A stretch of DNA of 64,000 nt, taken from assembly GCF_009914755.1 (NCBI RefSeq), contig NC_060947.1; one strand, written 5' to 3'. The translations under genes and the position numbers were made by a program. Below, in pieces: positions 43,750 to 59,309 of the stretch (positions are counted from its first letter, which is position 1; the number at the start of each line of letters is the position of its first letter). The stretch comes from the human T2T-CHM13v2.0 reference genome, Homo sapiens. Below the pieces are notes generated by a model that searched no databases, had not been told where the DNA came from, and saw only the letters and a list, made by a program, of their open reading frames with translations.

Positions 43750-46554
43750 ACTAGCTAATGGGCACAGTATTTAACATGTTGTAGTTATACAATGTCATAA
43801 GGACAAAACCAATGTAATTTTTAGGTATGACTAAACAAAGGCAATTTTCCATTATCTTCATAGTATATAAAAGTGGTTTTAGTTTTACAGAAATTTTTAC
43901 CTACCATGCTTCATATCTATCCTTCATTGTCATCCTTCTGTATTCATTTCATTGTCCTCTTTTCCATAACTCCAAGAAAATAACATAGCAAAAACAAAAA
44001 TGCCACATCCTATAAACCACTAAGTAACACTGCAAATGATGGCAAAGTTAGAAGGGAGGTTGGCTCTTGTTCCATTAACACTGATGCTCTGTTATAGAAA
44101 ACAGGTATCTCTATCCCACCAAAGGTGAGTGTGGCTTTACTAATGTATCTAGAGTTATCATTTAAAACTAATACATACATGTTTTCTAGGTTCTTTACTG
44201 ATTCGCATTTTACATACCACTGTTACTGATTCACACTTTACGTACCACTGTTCTTCTTCCTCCACACAAATGATTGAGAATAGGATAGAACAGAATTGTA
44301 TTAGAAGGGAATTTTTCTGTCTAAAAGTTCAAACCCAAATAGTGTTTTGATTATGTGAACTATAATATCACTATATCATTAAAAACATAAAGCCTATTTC
44401 CTCTAAAACATCTTATTTCAGCACACCGTTCTTAAACATGAGAACATTATATTAAAATTTATCTATAATAACTTAGCTCATGGAAGAACTTCAAAAAATC
44501 CTCCTTTAAAAAATATAGTATCTTGAGATGTTCAGTTTTTATAAGTAGAAAATACACTGGGCTACTATTTTTCCTTTTTCACTTGATTGCTGAGAAGGAA
44601 AGGGGAAATAAATAGAGCAAGACTGAACATAGGTTTAACTAAAAAAACAGAATGCATGAAAGAAGGGTAAAGGAAAACTTGGGTTTTGCATGTTCCTGGA
44701 ACTAATCATCTGCCAGATTTTCTCAAAAATTACAATGGATTCTGAGAGGGAAGAGATTTCTACTCTAAAACCATACAGACATATCCTCTGCAAAAAAGGA
44801 TGAAGGACAAGTAAGGTAGAATAATGCAAAGAAAAGAGGTAATTCCTAAAAGTTCATAGGCAAGAAAATTCTAAAACTGAGAGGTAGGAGTAAACTCTAT
44901 CACAAGTAATCTTTGCTACAGAGAAGCCTCTTCTCCATTAGAAATAGGTTTTAGGATGTCTGCAAAGGATGCAAAAAAAAAAATGAACATGATATTTAAG
45001 GCAATATTAAGTGTTTATAAAAATGAAGACATTTCTAAATTGTTAAACAATTATAATAAATGTTTCAACACAGGTTAAGGAACCAACAGTCTAATTACTG
45101 GAAATTAGCAATACAAAGTGACTATGGTCTCATCTTTAAATAAAATTGCTTTAAATACAGTTATCTAGAACAAAATTCTTTTCTATTATTGTGACAGTAA
45201 TATTACTATAACTTTTTTGTATTGTGTATTATCCAGTTTGGTCATTTTCTTTCAGGTAAAGGAATTGATCACAATCAATACCTGAAGTTCTAAGTACTAA
45301 ACTTCTGCATTAGAGGATAGGCCAACAATGTCTCTTGTTAATGATTAGTTCCAAAGAAATCATGGCACTTTCCTTAATTTGGCTCAGGATGACCATGTGT
45401 TGCTAAGATCAGTGTAAAGCAATGTTAAGAGTCTATAAGTACAAGCTTTAAGTGTTACTACTAAATTAAATTCTGGACTTGAGGCATTTTGAAAATCACA
45501 TTCAATATGATTCATTTTTCCTTGAAATGAAGTTGTTATATCATGCCAGTGACACAACCAGAGGTGAGATCCTAATAGCTCTTGAGGGAATGGGCCTTGC
45601 ATGATCAAATTTAAATAAAATTTAGCACCTAAATTCAGTAATGGAGGCAAGCAATAGCATGGGAATTAACCAACTTCACTTGGGCTACTTTCGCAATAAA
45701 GAAGACAATACAAGTCAACAATATAGCACCATGCTGCCATAAAAACCCTTAAAAGTAGCAATTAGTTCAAATTTTATAAGTAATTGTGAGACAGCAGTCT
45801 GAGTTTTCTAAAATCAAACATACAAAAAACACACTTTCAATAGGCCAGTTAAATTAGTTATTGGCTGACTTTTAAGATAGTTAAGTACCTTAATAATAAA
45901 ATAATTAAGGACATGGCTCTCTTGAAACTTAGTGTTTTAAAGAAGGTTCCATGTTCAAAAAATGTAAGTTGTAAAGATCTAACAGCAATTATTTACCTAT
46001 ATTAAGATTCATATGAGTTAAAAAATTATAGAAAACATATCCATCAACATAATGAGTTAGAAAATATACCAAAAATTAATATTGCCAGAATTCTTAATCA
46101 GAAAAACAAGCTCCAAGACCTCTGGAAGTCTTGGCAATATTTCTGTCCAATGTAGCCATTTATCTCCCCAGAAGTAAAATTTAAAGGTCTCAACTAAAAT
46201 AAAACACTCTCTTCAGGAACTGGGTGACTATCATTAAGTACTCCATCGATTGGTAGTTGTATGTGTCCTATCTTATCTATTAAAAAATGGCTAAACACTA
46301 TTCAGTAGGTGATATGTTTCTATGGAATCAAGACTTACATTCTTACAGGTTTGCCCATAGGTATTAGTTCTTCTTAAGATCTAGCTCCCTTATTAAAAGA
46401 AGAAATTTTAAAGAGTTCTAGAAGCTCAGATTACTTTTCCATTCAATTACATTTAAGAAGCCTGCTTGTATAGTCATTAAGGTGAATAAAACCAGATTAT
46501 GGTACATACCATTATCAAACAGTTAAAGTATATATCTTCATCAAACATTATTAG

Positions 46555-46915
<361 letters not shown>

Positions 46916-47078
46916 TAAAAATGCACCTGTTTCAATCTCACCTTGCTTACAGACCACATACAACAAGACACATCTGTCTAATGGCAAGTTTCACATTCCT
47001 GCACAGCAGATTTCATGAGTCCTAAACAGGCTACATCAGAGTCTACCACAGGAAAAATCAGATTTCAAAATATCTTAC

Positions 47079-47275
47079 CCCAGATATGAGAAACACTTTA
47101 CAGAAGTCCAAAACTGGCAGAATCTGTAGGAAACTGGCAGCTTCCAGCGTGTCTTGAAGGTTGTCCATATTAAGAGAAAGCTTTGCAGTATAAATGAAAT
47201 CAATAATTTTCCTTAGACCGACTTTGCTCACACCATGAAGTTTAATGCACATTAAATCTTGTTCTTTCATTCCAC
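47079..47275 (-). CDS. KLHL13: KLHL13 coding exon, 197 nt (BTB domain, C-terminal half)
   Basis: TTTAAG|GT ... GGG|GTAAGA; (G)[32 protein letters not shown]...VFLISG; phase 1 to 0. Confidence 0.96.
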
Positions 47276-47795
47276 CTTAAATAAAAAGACATTCAATTAA
47301 ATGAAGGTGGATAATTATGGTCAAACTCACTTCTGCTGCTAATTAGATGCAATAAAATCAAAGGAAAGTCTTATCTTATATAAGCAGTCATATTAGAGTC
47401 AGTCTGCTGCACATTTTACTGTTAAAAGAAAGTACTTAAAAAAGATAATCTCTATACTAATGGAGGTCATATATGATGCAAGTGCTTCCAAAATGTTCTC
47501 ACTTCCTATTTTTTGACATAGAGTAGAGATTGTACTAGGAGGACACAGAGTCTCTGATGGCCCACTAGATATAAGCTTGAAAAAGAAAAGCTGTGAGATA
47601 AAGATGGACAGTATGAAAAAAGTGCATCAATTTTCCATGTTAAAACAGCACCACCGAAAACCATACATACTGTTGTGTACTTCTTTTGAAGCTGTTTCCA
47701 AAAGAACCAAATTTCATGTTAGAAATAAAAAAGATTTAAACACGGATTTTTCATATTGTTTTAATGTGGTTTCAGAGTTTTAAAAGGCAAACTAC

Positions 47796-47928
47796 CTGTG
47801 AACATAGCCTTGAAGTAATCACTAGCAGATGCCATCATGACTCTATGCACAGGGAAAGCATCATCTGTGTCACCTGGCATCAGGGTCACATCACAAAGCA
47901 ATCCTTCAAGTCGAAGCTGGTCAAAGCC
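47796..47928 (-). CDS. KLHL13: KLHL13 coding exon, 133 nt (BTB domain, N-terminal half; not in ORF track)
   Basis: TTGTAG|GGC ... ACAG|GTAGT; [44 protein letters not shown]; phase 0 to 1. Confidence 0.96.
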
Positions 47929-48811
47929 CTACAACAAGAACATGAGTTGAGTCACTAATCAAGGTAAAATGAGGTTACAAATCTTCGTGTGCTAAAATTG
48001 TTTGAATATTAATGTGGTGCAACATATGTGGAACATAAAGCCAACAGAATATTCGGGAGAAGAAAAAATAACTGCACAACTTTCCTGATATGTGACAATG
48101 CATGTTTTCTTTCACTGTAGGAATAACACAAAATTAAGACTAATTTAGGTTAAAAACGATTAAGGAAAAAGTATATACTTTTGCTTATTTACACAATTAT
48201 CAGCTTTTACCTTATTTTGAAAAATAATTACAATGTGCACTTCTACTTTCCCATCTGCAGAATGAGAGTATTAGACTGTCTTAACATTCCTTTTCGCGAT
48301 AATTTAATAGTCCTTTTATAGTGCTTGACTGAAGCATCTTGGTTTTGTTTTGTTTTGGGGGAGGTTGAGAAAGAAAAGTAGAGAGCAACTGTATTAAGTA
48401 CACGATAGTTCTTTCTACTAATTGTATTACTTCATCTCTTTGAGAAGCCTATACTCAGTACATTGCTGCTGCCTGGCCAAATATCTTTCAAGTTTCAAGT
48501 TTGAGACTTAATTATCTTTGTTTGAAAAAAAACAAAAAAAAGCCCAGGAAACCCCAACATGAGACTTAATTGTCTCCAAATGCCTAAAGGTTTAGTGGAG
48601 AATTAACAGGCTAGCAGCCACAATTCAGAGGAGTGACAGAGCTCTGGTGAGAAGAATCCTTGTTGATTAGCTTTTTCACTACACCCTGATGGTCTCAACT
48701 AACGACAAATAGACAGTTGTTCTATTGATATAAGTTGGAAGAATGACAATCACTTTTAAGATTATAACAGGTTGAATCTACAACATACACATATTTCAAA
48801 ACATCATGTTT

Positions 48812-48898
48812 TTCAATTTTTATCTTTTATTTTTAATTTTTGTGGGTACAGAGATGTATGCTTTAGGGGATGGATACCCCATTTACCATGATGTGATT
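48812..48898 (-). mobile_element. Tiny 5'-inverted L1MA insertion inside an older L1 3' end
   Basis: TSD AAAA(C/T)ATCATGTTT (48798-48811 / 48899-48912); two L1MA 3' UTR pieces in opposite orientation. Confidence 0.65.
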
Positions 48899-49741
48899 AA
48901 AATATCATGTTTTACATGACAAATTATATATAATGTTTATTTGTCGATTAAGAATAACGAATTTAAAAAGATTGTAACAGGCTACTAAAGTACACCAAAA
49001 GGGAACAATATGCAATTTAACAATGATACAAAAAATGAACATTTTGGCAAGATTGAGTCTGTAGTTTCAAAGATAGAAATGTTTCATTATAAAAAACCAG
49101 GAAGACAGATACACAAAATACACAAATTGCTTTCTAATAATATAATACAGTAAGAACCAATAGCATTGATTACTCTGTCCCCTTCATATTTTAATGACTT
49201 CAAATAAAACTATGTTTTGTTTCACAGATTTAAAGAGCAAAAGGCATAACATATTAAGAATGCAGTTTTAAAAATATTGATCCTACACATATGTGTAGTA
49301 TAAACCCTAGTTAAGCTTCTCATTTTAATTTTAAAGCTTTTTAAAGAAAATGCTTGAATTACAGAACTGGAACTTCAAAGAGATGATCTGATCCAGCCAC
49401 TCTCCCTCTAGGGAAAGAGATGAATATTTTTATTCCAAAAATATTTATACATTATACATACACTTTAAAACAAGATTATATATCATATTTTTCTTTTTCC
49501 AACAATGATTGACATGTTTATGTTAACAAATATCAAATCTTTCACAAATGCCCCTTTTTCTTTGTAAACCCAAACATTATATATCCTATGCCACTATTTT
49601 TATTTTCCATTACTAATTCGTCTGCTGTCTCTGTTATTTAGAAAAGTAGAAGTAAAATAATAATAGCTCATCTTATAAAAAGAGATGCCAATTTTAAGGG
49701 AATATTCTCATGCTGAAGGCATGAGAAGAGTCACTTCAGCT

Positions 49742-49816
49742 CTTTTTTTGTTTTGTTTTTTTGAGACAGAGTCTCGCTCTGTCGCCCAGGCTGGAGTGCA
49801 GTGGCGCGATCTCGGC
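49742..49816 (-). mobile_element. Short Alu 3' fragment
   Basis: T-tail plus GAGACAGAGTCTCGCTCTGTCGCCCAGGCTGGAGTGCAGTGGCGCGATCTCGGC. Confidence 0.9.
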
Positions 49817-52800
49817 ATTGATATATGGGGTCTAAATTGCAATAAATTTGTGGGAATCACCTTTCAAATGTAGAGTATTGGGAAGCAGTGAATGAGGACA
49901 CTAGGGTGTGGGAGAGGATAGTCAAGCATCAGCTGAAACAGTTGAGAGACTAGCATCTTTGAATTCCCCAGTGTTTGGCATACTGTTGGTACTTAATATA
50001 TGTTCCATTAACGCATGAACAAACAAACAAAATTTTACTCAGAAGCTACCACTGGTAACTTTAAAGCCATGTAGTCACATTGGGTAGGATGTAAACTTTG
50101 CAACAAGTTAACTGGAAACCAGGAACTTATTTGTGAAACCTCTCCCAATAATAAAATGAGTTGTGCTTAAAGTGTTCGTTTGTGTTCGTTTGTGGTAGTT
50201 TGTGGTAGTGGTAAAGGTTAAGGTAAGAGAAAAGGTAGTGAACCAGGAGTTGGGGAGAAAACGTTGGCTCCCAAACTTGTGTTTGTTTTATCCCTCATAT
50301 AAATTTCAGGTTTAAAAAATTAAATATGTGCTTGTATGTTTTTTGAAGTCAAAATACAGAAGGATATAAGTTAAAAACTTAAAGGCTACCTCTTTCACTT
50401 ACTAGAAGTAACCACTGTTAACAGTTTAGTAAGCATACTTCAAGACCTCATTCTCTATATATCATAATCTACATTATGCTTGTATTAAAATATATAAAGG
50501 CCTCTTTAAAGTGGGTTACTATACATACTGTTGTGCATTTTAAAATTCACTTGAGCAGATAACACAGATAGTCTTCTATCTCAGTGCACAGGATTTATTT
50601 CATTCTTTTAGTGCATGCACAGTAATCTACAGTAGGGGCATGTCATAAGTTATTTATCCATTCCCGCTTAGTTGAACACTCAGGTTTTCCCTCAAATTCT
50701 GCAGTTATAAGCAATGCCGCAATTAACTTCCTTGTACATACACTTAGCTGTCTAAGTATATCTGTGGGAGATATTCTCAGGACTGGAGTTGTTGGTTCGA
50801 AGGATATTTATTTTTAAAGTTTTGAATAGCTAATGGCAAGTTAAAGGATTTGATTTTTCTTGGGAAAAGTAACATACCTTGGGCATTGGCATAAAAAAGA
50901 GATGTCAAGATACTAATGAGATGAGTCTAGGTACTGTATGCCCCCTTTATGTTTATTTATCAAATAGTTTTTTATTCTTCTTCTCTAAAGCATACGTAGA
51001 CAATATCTTTATAAAGAAATTCTGGATTATTTATTCAAAAGCAATGATTGTATCTGATCCATTATTTTCTTCCACTAAAGAACAAAAACAAACAAACAAA
51101 CAAAACCTTCTTGGCTTATTTGCTAGCCTCCTGCCTTTAAAATATTCCTGCAAATATTTTACAATTGGAATTGAATAATGTCAGTATGTTCCATTCCTAC
51201 TACATATTACTTTTTTTTCCCTCTGAAAAGAGGAGTAGCTTGTGCATCATGTATCGTCAGCTGTGTAATTTCTTGTTTTGTCCATATTCCATTCAAACTG
51301 CTTGTGGAGGTATGTAATCAATGCTCAAGATCTGGACAGCTTTGCTCAGCTAAGACACCGGGAGCTTTTATTCTTTTCACAGATTTTATCATTTTGTGTC
51401 CCTTTACACTATCATTTTTAAAAAATCCTTTAACCTTTCTCAGTATAATCTGGTGTCCCAAAAGAAAAGAAGTTAAGGCACCTAGAGCATTTTTAACAAA
51501 TTCGGAGTGTCTTTTATTCCACGCTTAATGTATCTACCTTTGGCAAGTTATCTGCTTTTGTAAGGTTTTACATTTATTTTCACAACATACAGTGTCCCTT
51601 TCTAAACATTTCATAACCTTTATTTTTATATGCATAAATGAATGACCCCACTATCCAATTCCATATTAGTGAATTTTATTCTACGTTATGTCTATCTTTA
51701 TCCAAATGATATCTGTCAATTCAGATTGTTTTCAAACAAATTCTAAACATCTTGTTTGTATATTATTTTCCAGATATCCCAGTTCTGTCTAAAGAGAAGC
51801 TCCTTCTGACTATACACATTGTTGTGTACAAGAAGGCAGTCATTTCTCTAAACACCTTTTATTCTCTAATCTTCTAGTGAAGTATGCATACATTAAAAGA
51901 AAAAGAGAGAGGTTCATTATCTTCCAAAATTCTCATCTGCCTTCTATATATCTACTTTTTGCTTTCACTCATAAATCTTTTCCCCTATTTAAGAAGCCTT
52001 TCAAAGATTCCTGCACACTCGAAATAAGTCCTTTTACTGTAAAATCATTTTCTTTCACCAAACTTGTACTCACTCTTCTTGAAAGATTTACATGAACATT
52101 TTTGTCTGTTTCCATATGCTAGTATACCATATACCTATGCAGCTCTGCTTTAGGCAAATTGTTCAGTTTCTAATTAGTTTTTCAGAATGTCCTTAAAACT
52201 GCTTCTGTTGATTTAAACTCATCATCTTTCCAGTCTCTCTATCTCAACACTTATCTTAGTTCTCTACTTTTCTGTCTCTGTGCCTTGGGTTTGATTTAAG
52301 AGGGGTTTGTCTGTCCTCAATTTCTTTAATATTTCCCTTTCTTCTTCTATAAATCTCCCCATATCTTCCTTTATTTTCTTCTCCATATCCTGGAAAAATA
52401 GCGTCATTTAATGCTATTTTGATGCTGGAAAATAGCATTTTAATGCTATTTTTAATGTTTAATGTTTTAATGTTTAATGTTTAATGTTTTTAAACATGTT
52501 TTTTCTCTTCACTGTATTAAACTTACCCAATGTATCAAAACTTCAACCTCTATTAAATAGAGAGAGGTACATATCTAATACCAGGAAACAAAGAAAGTCT
52601 GAAACATCTAATGAGTTTGATAAATTTTAAAATGATCATATTAAAACAGAATAGAATATGACTTGATATTACAGGATTATAACATGGAAACCAGACAAGC
52701 TATGAATAATTTGTATAAAAATTACTTGGATGTCAATAGCTTTCAAGTGAAATATAATGCTATTGTGAAAAAAAGCTACATTGATACTGTCAGGTATTTA

Positions 52801-53412
52801 AAAGGAATTTGATAAACAAATAATTCAACTAAATTCTACATTAGAACAAACTTACTAGCATATTATATCTAGTTTTGATCATTGTCATTTTAAGTAGAGA
52901 AAAAACGAAACACATCCTGAAAAGAGTAGTTAAAATTATAATGGAAAATATGTTCTATGAACAAAGATTAAGGAACTAAAGAAAGTTAAGAAATGGCCTT
53001 ACTCCAGTGTTATGTAAATGTAATGTATTAGATAAAAACAATACCAGCCATGTTTTTATGAGGCTGCTCTTCATTTTATTCAAAGGACAGAAAAAGGAAC
53101 AGATGCACTTAAGTTAAAACAAATATATAGGCTGGACATAAATGTTTATATTAATTTTAAACTCTGTGCTCATTATTATATAACACTGCTTAGACTTTAA
53201 AAACGTAAAGACTTTCCATCACTGCAATATAGCACAACTTCTGGTTTGCAGAGACTTCTTTGATCTGATCCCAACCTTATTTTTTATTAGTTCCCTATAT
53301 ACTCTGACCCGTCTTATCAGGTTGTTCTCCAAACGATCACATTGGTGATAAAAATTTTTTTTCACCTGGAATATCCTTCCTCCTTCAAAGACTAGCTTAA
53401 ATTAGACCTCCT

Positions 53413-53545
53413 TTGTTGTTGTTGTTTTGTAGAGAAGGGGTTTCATCATGTTACCCAGGCTGGCCTCAAGGATGCCCCCCAACCGCCACCTGTCTCAGCC
53501 TCCCAAAATGCTGGGATTACAGGTGTGAGTCACCACACCTGCCCA
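53413..53545 (-). mobile_element. Alu monomer (FLAM/AluJ-like)
   Basis: TTTTGTAGAGA...CTCCCAAAATGCTGGGATTACAGGTGTGAG. Confidence 0.75.
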
Positions 53546-54266
53546 AATTCCACCTCCTTTGTAAAGCTATCTCTCACACAATCATCTCTAAAATAATTAG
53601 GCATTTTTAGTTTGGATTTCACCATTACTTATTCAATTATATCCTATAAATTTATGTTTCCAGTAAGAGAGATTCGATTTACATTACGTCCTGAAACTCT
53701 TTAAAATCAAACAAAAATATATGGAAAAAAAGTTTAAAAACATTGAAGGAAAGGGATCTGTGAAAGATAAGAAACAAATTGGGTGAGCCCTATGACTGTC
53801 TAAATTTACTGCCTATGGATTTCAGACAGAGGTGCAGGGAGTGGGAACCCAGGCAAAACCTAGTATTCTCCTAGAGCTGAGAGTCTGGGGACATCAAGGC
53901 AGATAGGACAGAATATAAGAAGAGAGATCAGCACACAGAGAGGATTCCAGAGCTCGAAAAACAGTCACCCTCAAGGATTCCAGCGAGTAATGATAAACAT
54001 CTTTGTCTGCAGAAAGAACCGCCAAAAAAGAGCACAAGGAATACTCTCCAAGGTTCACAAAGGGCTGGAAGTCGTTTCTATTCAAACCATGAGTGGAAAC
54101 CTTACAAGGCTGGGGTTTTAAGCATCTGCCACCCCCACTGTCACCATCGTCAAAAGGATTCTGCCTCAGTACTGGGGGAAAGTTTGCTCTAGAATAAATG
54201 CTGGCCTGGTGCAATTTCACAAAGCTTAAAAGTAAATGAAAACCACATATTAATGAGAGCAGATGA

Positions 54267-54763
<497 letters not shown>

Positions 54764-57224
54764 ACTTCTTTCTTAAAGAGAAGAAGATTCTCAAAGCTCA
54801 GAGAGCTTGGAGAGGACGCCTCGCCTCGCCCCGCCCCGCCCCTCCCGGCCTGGCCTGGATCCCAAGGCAATTTCAAGGCATTGGTAGCAAGAGGAGTGAC
54901 AATGGTGACAGTGGGGGTGGCAGATGCCTAAAACCCTGTAAAAGAGGAACCTTTCTCCTTGGTCAGAGAAGCAGTGATTGTCTTTCTGTGGTGAATATTC
55001 AATTCAGTTCCTCTCTCTTTGTCTTTGGGCCAAGATGTGGGTGCAGCCATGATAACTGTGTGGCAGAGCAGGGAAAATAAGGTCCCAGCTTTCAGGCCAA
55101 AGGGCCAAAATAGAGCCCTAGCAACTGGAAAGAATTCGGAAGATGGTCCAGGTGGAGGAGAATGAAGAAGAGACCTCACAAAGTTCCATACCATGGAATA
55201 CTGCTCAACAGTAAAAAGGAACAAACTATTGACATAGACAACAAAATGAATGAATCTTAAAATATTATACTAAGTAAAAGAAACCAGCCCCAAAAGCTTA
55301 CAGATCATATAATGTCATTTATGTAACATTTCCAAAAAGACAAAAATAAAGCGACAGAAAACAGATCAGTAGCTTCCAGGGTTTAGGGATGGTGGTGGGT
55401 ATAACTACCAAGGGGTAACAGGAGGGAGTATGCTGAGGTCATGGAATGGTTCTGTGTCATAATTCTGGAGATTAAATGAAACAATATATATGTTGAAACT
55501 CATAAAAGTATGTACTAATAAAAAATTGACTTTTACTGTATGTTAATTTACAAAAATAAAAGTAAAAGGATGGTAAAAGATATACAAAGCAAACACTAAT
55601 TAAAATAAACCTAGCATGACTACAATACCAAACAAAATAGATCTCAGAGCATAGTACCAAAAATTAATCAGGTAACTTCATAATAAAGGTCAGTTTACCA
55701 AGAGAACATAAATTCCTTAGATGTCTGTGTGTTTAATAGCAGAGTTTCAAAATACATGAAGCAAACTGAGAGAACTACAAATAGAAATAAACAAATTTAC
55801 AATTATAATTGGAGATTTCAATACCATTCTCTCAATAATTGATTTTAAAGGTGACAAAAACCAGTAAATATACAGAAATTAGCAAGGATACTGAAACAAC
55901 ACTATCAACCAACTTGACCTAATTGGCATTTACAGAATACTTCACCGAAGAACAGTAGGATGCAAATTATTTTCAGGTATATGTGAAACATTTACAAGAT
56001 AGATCATATTCTGGGCCATAAAACTAGTCTTAAAAAATTTAAAAGGATTCAAGTCATACAAATTATTAATATGTTCTCTGGCCCCAGCTTAATTATATTA
56101 GAAATCAAAAATAGAAAAATCTCTGGAAAATCCCCAAATGTTTTGAAACTAAAACATACTTCTAAATAACCCATAAAGAAATCAAAAGAAAAACTCGTAA
56201 GCATTTTGAACTAAATGAAAATATAACATCAAAAATTGTGGAGTGCAGATGAAGCTCTACTTAGGGGAAATTTATATCAGTCAATGACTATATTAAAAAA
56301 GAAGAAACACCTCCTATGAAAGATGTTTCCTTCTTAAAAAACTAGAAATAGAAGAGCAAATTTATCCCAAATTAGGCAGGAGAATTGCAATAATAAAGAT
56401 CATAGTGGAAATCAATGAAATAGAAAACAGAAAAACAGAAAAAGCAATAAGACCAAAAGCTGTTCCTCTGAGAAGATCCATAAATCTGACAAAACTCTAA
56501 CAAGACGGATTAGGTGAGAAAAAGAGAGAATATACAAATTACCAATGCCAGGATGAATAGAAGTGGCATAAACTAGAGATTCTATAAGTATTAAAAGGAT
56601 AATAAGGAAATATGAACAACTTCATGCCAATAAATTTGACAACTCAGTTTAAATGGACAAATTCTGTGAAAGACACAAGCTACTAAAGTTTTAGAAGAAA
56701 CAGATAAACTAAATAGCTACATGTCTACTATAAAATTAAATTTTAATTTAAAATTGTTTCCCCAAGGAAAACTCTAAGATGAAATGGTTTCACTGGTGAA
56801 ATCTATCAAACATTTAAGGAAGAAAGAACACCAATACCCCACAAACAAATCCAGAATATTAGGAGGAGAGCATATATCCCAAGTTATTCTACATGGCCAG
56901 CATTATTCTAATACTAAAACCAGACAAGACAATCACAGAAAGCCAAGATCAAAATCCATCGGGCACAAAGATGTAAAAATTTTCAACAAAATTTTAACAA
57001 GCCAAATTTACTGATATATAAGAATAATAAATACATCATGACCAAGTGAAGAGTTTATAACTCCAATGCAAGGTTGCTTTCACAATCAAAAGTTAATCAA
57101 TATAAATCACCATACTAACAGACTGAAAAAGAAAAATGCTAAGATCATTTCTTAATGACTACAGAAAAAAAAGGCATTTGTCAAAATCCAACATCCATTC
57201 CTGTTTTTTTAAAAAAGTAAACTC

Positions 57225-57542
<318 letters not shown>

Positions 57543-57696
57543 TTAAAATAAATTTTTAGCAAGCTAAGAATACGAGAGAACTTCCTCAAACCTACAGATA
57601 ACATCATACTTAATGGTGAAAGACTGATTGCTTTCACCATTTTTCTAGAGGTTTTATCCAGTGCAATAAGGTAAGGAAAAAAAAGGCATCAGACTG

Positions 57697-57862
57697 GAAA
57701 GAAAAAAGAAAAGAGGAAAGAAAAAGAAAGGAAGAAAGGGGAAAGAAAAGAAAGGGAGGGCAAGAAAGGATGAAAAGGAAGAAGGAAGGAAGGAAGGAAG
57801 GAAGGGAGGAAGGAAGGAAGGAAGGAAGGAAGGAAGGAAGGAAGGAAGGAAGGAAGGAAGGA

Positions 57863-57894
<32 letters not shown>

Positions 57895-57933
57895 AGGCAG
57901 GAAGGCAGGAAGGCAGGCAGGCAGGCAGGCAGG
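57697..57933. repeat. Purine-rich low complexity, (GGAA)n then (GGCA)n
   Basis: Directly visible. Confidence 0.95.
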
Positions 57934-59309
57934 CTTATTTATAGGCAAAATGATTGCCTATATAGGAAAACCTATAGAATCTACCAAAAAAGCTGCTAGA
58001 ACTGATAAGTCAGTTTACCAAGGTTGCACAATGCCAGATCAATAATTAATAACAAACTGTATTACTGTATACTAGCAACAATCAGAAATTCAAATTATGT
58101 ATTCCAGCATAGTTGACTTTCAAGTTGGTATGTGATAGCCCTCTCTATCACTTCGACACTAGCAAATAACCAAAAATACTCAATTGAGAGAGCAGGACAA
58201 GAACACACTGAAGTGGCCTAAAAAGGGAAAGCGGCAGACAGTCTTCCAACTTTTATCCTAAAGATGCACAGTCAATTCGAAGAATAAGAATAACTTATTG
58301 TACCCCAACCTGAGTGCCCCAAGAGCTATGCCCAAGAAAAACTATGGACTCATTTCCCTATATTCTAGCTGCCATTCAGGAAATGAAAAGAAATTAAAAG
58401 TATCATTTTCATAAAAACCACAAGAATCTAGACTATTTGAACTCTTATTTTATAAAATGTAAATTATCTTAATCATTATGCCTGTTTCTTATGTTAACAA
58501 CGTACTAACATTATATTTTTAAAGTTGTTTATTTTATGATCATAATGTTGAGAAAAAAGGATATACTTCATCAACATGACATTATCAGCAACCCAAGCAT
58601 TTACCTCAGGATAAACATTCAGAGAAATTAACCCAGGGAAAGGCAACACGTGTTAATCTGTATAGGCTCTTACAATAACCCATTTCTTTAACATTCTATT
58701 AGCTAGAGGATAAGACTATAAAATGATATCCTACATTGACTTTAGAACTAAAAATGAAGAGAGAAAGTAAATAGCTATAAGTGAGGAAAACACAAAAAGA
58801 GCAGTCCAATAGGCACCAATCTTAAAATGAGAAAATATCAACTAGAGGCCCACATAGCCAGAGTAACGAGGCATTTTCCACCTTTATAGGTTTGAGTATC
58901 GCCAGTAATCAGGAAATGATTTGTTTCCATATACCTAAGTATTCTGTAATTAATATACACTGCCACCAGCTGAAGCATGATACCCTCGTTATGGCCTCCA
59001 GGTCTTAAGGATGAAAGGGATGTTTTCAACTGGCAGTTAACATTTTTCTCCCTGATTTTTTTTTTCTCTTTTCAGTAGGTGAACGGAAGAAAGGCAAGCC
59101 AGCAAGAAGACATTCTGTGTAATTCTGCTGTTTCTATCAAGAATAAAATATTTATTATATCATTCATTCCAAACTATCTTTTAGCCTTTGCTAATACATG
59201 TTTTTACATTTATAGTTAATGAACACAATATTTATAGACATTGTATTTTAAAAGGTAAGACAATTTAGAGCAAGACTAGTAGAAATAAAAATACAAAACT
59301 ACACCATCA

